Source of the DNA: Elsinoe ampelina | Lineage: Eukaryota | DNA: 64,000 bases | Reading direction: 5' to 3' | Assembly (NCBI GenBank): GCA_010093995.1 | Contig: ML992505.1 | Coordinates: 932,273 to 996,272, forward strand | In this document: positions 60,176 through 64,000 of the stretch, in pieces | Position numbering within the stretch: position 1 is the first letter of the stretch | How the letters are laid out: each line of letters opens with the position of its first letter | Made by a program: the position numbers and the translations under genes | Notes under the pieces: model-generated | What the model saw: only the letters and a program-made list of their open reading frames with translations | Databases searched by the model: none | What the model was told of the DNA's origin: nothing

Positions 60176-60323
60176 ATGCCGTAGCATCGCGAGCACCAGC
60201 TCATGTACTTTTTTAACCCCCACCCCAACCAAAGCAATCGAATCCGCCAGTCATGAAACTGATATTCTATCCATACCGACCCACCACTCCATACTCCTCA
60301 CTTTCCCTCAATCGCATGCATCA

Positions 60324-61967
60324 CTACTTACACCTCTTATCCACAATACTCGCCCCATGCTCCTCATACTCCTTCTTACTAATCCACATCTGATGAAACG
60401 TCCCCAAACTGGCCAGCACACTGCCCCCAATCCACGCCCCAAACTTCTTATCCGTCACCGCCCCGGACGCATGCACCCTCACCCTCGGATTCGGGTACAT
60501 GACCGACAACTCGGCCTGAATCCTCTCGGGCAACCGCTCGATCAAACTCCCCGCCCCCGTGAGCACAATCTGATTCAGCAGCTGCGCGCGACTGTCCACG
60601 TCGACCCCGTTCAACGCCGCCTTGACCAGCTCGGGGATCGTCTGCTTCTCCTCCGGCGCCGGCGAGTTCGGGTCGCGCAACGCGGCCTTGGCGTCGAACA
60701 GACCCTCGACGACGCGGAAGCGTTCCACGCCAAACACCTGGTTCCAGCCGTCGGGCATCTCGAAGGGGCGAGGGGGGAGAGAGCGCGCGGCTTCGAGGTT
60801 CTGGTGCACGCCTGCGGGGTCGGTGGCGTCGAGACGGCCGGGGCCGGACCAGACTTGGACCATGGATTCTTTGAAGGAGGTGAGGACGCGGTCTTCTTGG
60901 AGGCGGCGGAAGGAGGGGGACGGGGGGTGGGTGAATTGGATGAGGGTGGCTTTGGAGTCTTGGCCTGCGTCGACTTGGGTTTTGGATTTGACGAGGTAGT
61001 GGGGTGTGAGAGGGACGGGCGGGTTCATTTGGGAGAACTGGAGGCGGAGTTGGTTGGAGATCCAGTTGGAGCCGAGGGGGGAGCGTTGGGTTGCTGGGAG
61101 GGGGTCAGTAATGGGTGTATGAATGGGGTAGACGAAGCTCAGATAGATGGGGGCGCAGTGAGACCACGTGCTCTTTGGCCAAACCAGAAGCCGTCGCTGG
61201 TGAGAAAGAGCGCATTGGAGGGAATTCCGGCTGCTTGAGAGATATTTACTGACCTTTCTTGGTAAAAAAGCCATCCAGTACCGGCGTGACCGAGACCTGA
61301 TTCGCACCCACATCTATCACCAGCGCATTTGGCTTCCCCGAAGCAAACCTATGCCTCTGTCAGCTCTCTCCTATACCACACTCCCGACCAGAACCCACGC
61401 AGCAAGCATCCCGGTCCTCCCCATCCAAAACGCCGGCACCCCCCAATTCTCAAACGCAATCTCCATCGTCTTCTCCCTCGACTTTGACGGATTCCACGCC
61501 GGCTCCGTCATCAGCAACGGATTCTCCTCCATCGGTTTCTCCGCCTGCTCCACCACCTTATCCATGTCCACATCCCCCTCCCCATCTCCATTCGTGTCGT
61601 TTAGCCCGTTCTTGCTCGGCGCCGTCGGCGCTGGCCCCGTCAACCGTGACGTTATGGAGTACTCGAATAGTTTGGCCGCCACGTCCCAGTCGTCTATTAA
61701 GCTTTCTTCGTTGAAGGGGTTCTTGATGTCCATGTGCGCGAGGGGGTTGTGTATCGAGTTGTCCCCGAAGAGGAGCTTGGAGCCGCCATCTGGTGGGTTG
61801 TGCGCGCCGTAGAATGAGGGGACGACGGATTTGGGTATGTCTTCTCCTGCGAAACCTGCTCGTATCGTGTGCGACCCGGGGTCGAGGACGAGGGCATTGA
61901 TTTCGTCTCCGGCGTACTCTTGCGCCCCGGGAGGTACGGAGGGATTGAGGGTCGGGTGGCCAGACAT
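60324..61967 (-). CDS. ARP4: Actin-related protein 4 (NuA4/INO80/SWR1), 3 exons
   Basis: [72 protein letters not shown]. Introns 61398..61349 and 61253..61094. Confidence 0.93.
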
Positions 61968-62366
61968 GATTGCGCGTCCCTGATCGCAAAGGTGTTTCGG
62001 AGCGATTGAAACGTTGGCGAAGAATGCGAGAAGCTCAAATTGTTGCTGGGGCGTGGAGGTCAAAAGTGAACTCGCGAAGCTTGAGGTCAGAACGCGCCAA
62101 GAACTTCATTCAAACTGGCGTGGTATAGATACGCACTGAAAGGGGTTGATATCACGCGCTAGAAAAAATGGTCAGGAATTCTGAACAAAAATCTGGCATG
62201 ACTCTCTATGCTACTCCGACTCCATCGCTTGCCCATGTCGCGTTGAAGCGCCTGCAGTCATGAGTATATCATCCCTTTTGTGGTATCTTCCCATAACGAC
62301 ATTGACACCAGCAATCCTCCATATTATCTTGCGGTATGTTCGCAAAGTCTGGCCCAGATTCATTTC

Positions 62367-64000
62367 TCATCCCTGCGATCCCTGCCTGCCTTGATCCTGC
62401 CTTTCGAGCTCCTTCAAGAAGTCCTCCCACACATTCGCGCTCTCATGGAAGAACTCCAAGTGCTTGTCGGCGAGACCTCCTAGAGTGTCCCTGAACTCGT
62501 CCGCTTTGATCCTCTCGAAATCCTGAACCTCCTTCACCACCTCTTCGTCGAACAGCTCGCTCAATTTCTTCGCTCCTTCTACTTCATCGTGGAGTCTCCT
62601 AATCTGGACTTCCAGCTTCCTGACCTTGTCTCTTCTGCTCGCTTCATGATCGACACCCCTGACATCTTCTACTTTCTGTCTGATGAATGCTGTGGCCGCT
62701 GAAGGACCAATGCCATGTGTGGCGATTGCTGAATTGTTACTCGCAAGGTTGTCTCGTTCGCTTGTCGCTTTGGCGGCATAGTCTGTGAGTCCCTCGAAGT
62801 CAAGCTGTTTCTGCTCCCTAGTCTTGAGAAGTCCTTTGACGCTTCCGCAATAAGCCTCCATATCCTTGAGACTGCTGAGATAGTTGTTGTCGGTGTGGTC
62901 ACGTAAATTCTTCCACAAGGCACTCTGCTGTTCTGTCGTCGCAACAAAAGCGTGTAACTCGTTCTGAACACCGGGTTCTAGTAGCGCTAATTTGCGCATT
63001 TGGTTGGCGAGATCACCGAAATCGTTCTCAAGATCTGATTCGCGACGTGCAACGCGAGCAACATTCTTTGAGACGTGTGAGAGGTCATCATCGAGCTTAT
63101 CGCAACGCTCGCGGACTTCGAGGAAACGGCGGTCGGTCTTGTGAGGTTTGGAGAATGCGTTGAGGAATGAGTCTGTCCATGTCTCAAGGACACCAGGCTG
63201 CGCTTCTGATTGCGACATACCGCGAGCGGGACGAGTCTTCATAGTGGCATTCCAGTCGTTGGATTCGAGGAAGATGGCGAAAAGAGCTGCACGGCGTAGT
63301 ACGGGATGCATGGCGATCCTTTTTAGGAAACGCTCCAGTGATGATGCGCGACGTGATGTGAAGTCGTTGCTGAAGCGGTCTCCACGTACATACTCCATCT
63401 TGTGCTTGTCCGGAAGTGGCGGTACAGCACATTGTGGATATTCGCGGGAGAGTGTTTTGTAAAGGAATACGAAGTCGGTGAAGCGGCGGCGTACGCTGAT
63501 GTGAGAGCTCGCAAAGGATTTGAAGTCGGTCTGTGAGAATTAGGTGCCTGCGATCGCACATAGATCATGGGGCTTACGTCTGTGGTGATGAGGTATGATA
63601 TGAACTGATTTTGAGTCCCTTCGTTCTCTTTTTGAGGCTTGCCTACTTTGCACTCAAGGCGACCGTGTGTGCCTGGTCCTGCCAGGTCTTGTGGAGCAGC
63701 ATCTTCACCAGCCTGCTGCCAATCATCTCCGTGATATCCGCCGTCGTCCTCCATCTTGATCTTTCTGCCCTGAGTGGCCGCTAGTCTCACCTTACGCAAT
63801 CTGTTCGCTTTCACCAGGCGCCAGTCCAAGGGATTACCAGAAGGTGTCGCACCGTGTGAGTCGCTATGCTCGATGAGTTCCGCAGGTAGATCGTCCTCTC
63901 CAGCGCCAGATCCAGCAGTGTGCTGATCGTCCAGGTAGTCCCAGGTGTGGATGTCGTCGTTGGAGTCGTCAGCCCCACATTCACTTTTCAGGCCGCGGAG
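62367..64000 (-). CDS. SNX4: PX-BAR sorting nexin Snx4/Atg24; 5' end uncertain
   Basis: PQKENEGTQNQFISYLITTD-TDF...VRRRFTDF, VPPLPDKHKMEYVRGDRFS, BAR region REQKQLDFEGL. Intron 63577..63531. The frame is open to the window edge; the nearest ATG is 63754. Confidence 0.92.

Noticed and set aside
1..64000. Functional gene cluster (trafficking genes, or the two steroid-reductase-fold genes) or TGA-CTA readthrough peroxisomal signals
   Set aside because: The genes are interspersed with unrelated housekeeping loci, there is no secondary-metabolite backbone gene, and none of the stop codons I checked has the TGA-CTA context.

Overview
Gene-dense eukaryotic DNA from a filamentous ascomycete (Pezizomycotina): short GT-AG introns with CTRAY branch sites and typical fungal housekeeping genes. 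A Eurotiomycete/black-yeast origin is only an impression. I can support 25 protein-coding genes: a partial Ser/Thr-rich protein, an alpha/beta-hydrolase, a DFGDF-motif hypothetical protein, a TBC1D5-like RabGAP, a DUF1295 protein, TOP3, a PAS kinase, SPS19, a GNAT, an F-box/LRR protein with CaaX, a (6-4) photolyase/cryptochrome, PacC, a Hos4-like ankyrin protein, DFG10, CDO1, RBG1, a CENP-B-type HTH protein, a PXA-domain protein, MED10, APC2, an F-box protein, NUP159, PUP1, ARP4 and SNX4. I found no tRNA, rRNA, intact transposon or CRISPR array. The main leads are: (1) a 1344-nt intron in the PXA gene, where other CDS introns here are about 45-160 nt, containing a ~585-nt domain closed by a long-range helix, a candidate structured ncRNA or regulatory element; (2) about ten sharp C-rich to G-rich strand-skew switches, mostly near 3' ends of convergent genes; (3) six GATC sites in 62 bp upstream of the photolyase, a candidate light-response element; (4) a possible winged-helix-like insert in APC2; (5) an uncharacterised adaptor-like protein head-to-head with the RabGAP. 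Exon boundaries and RNA pairings were derived by eye and no searches were run.
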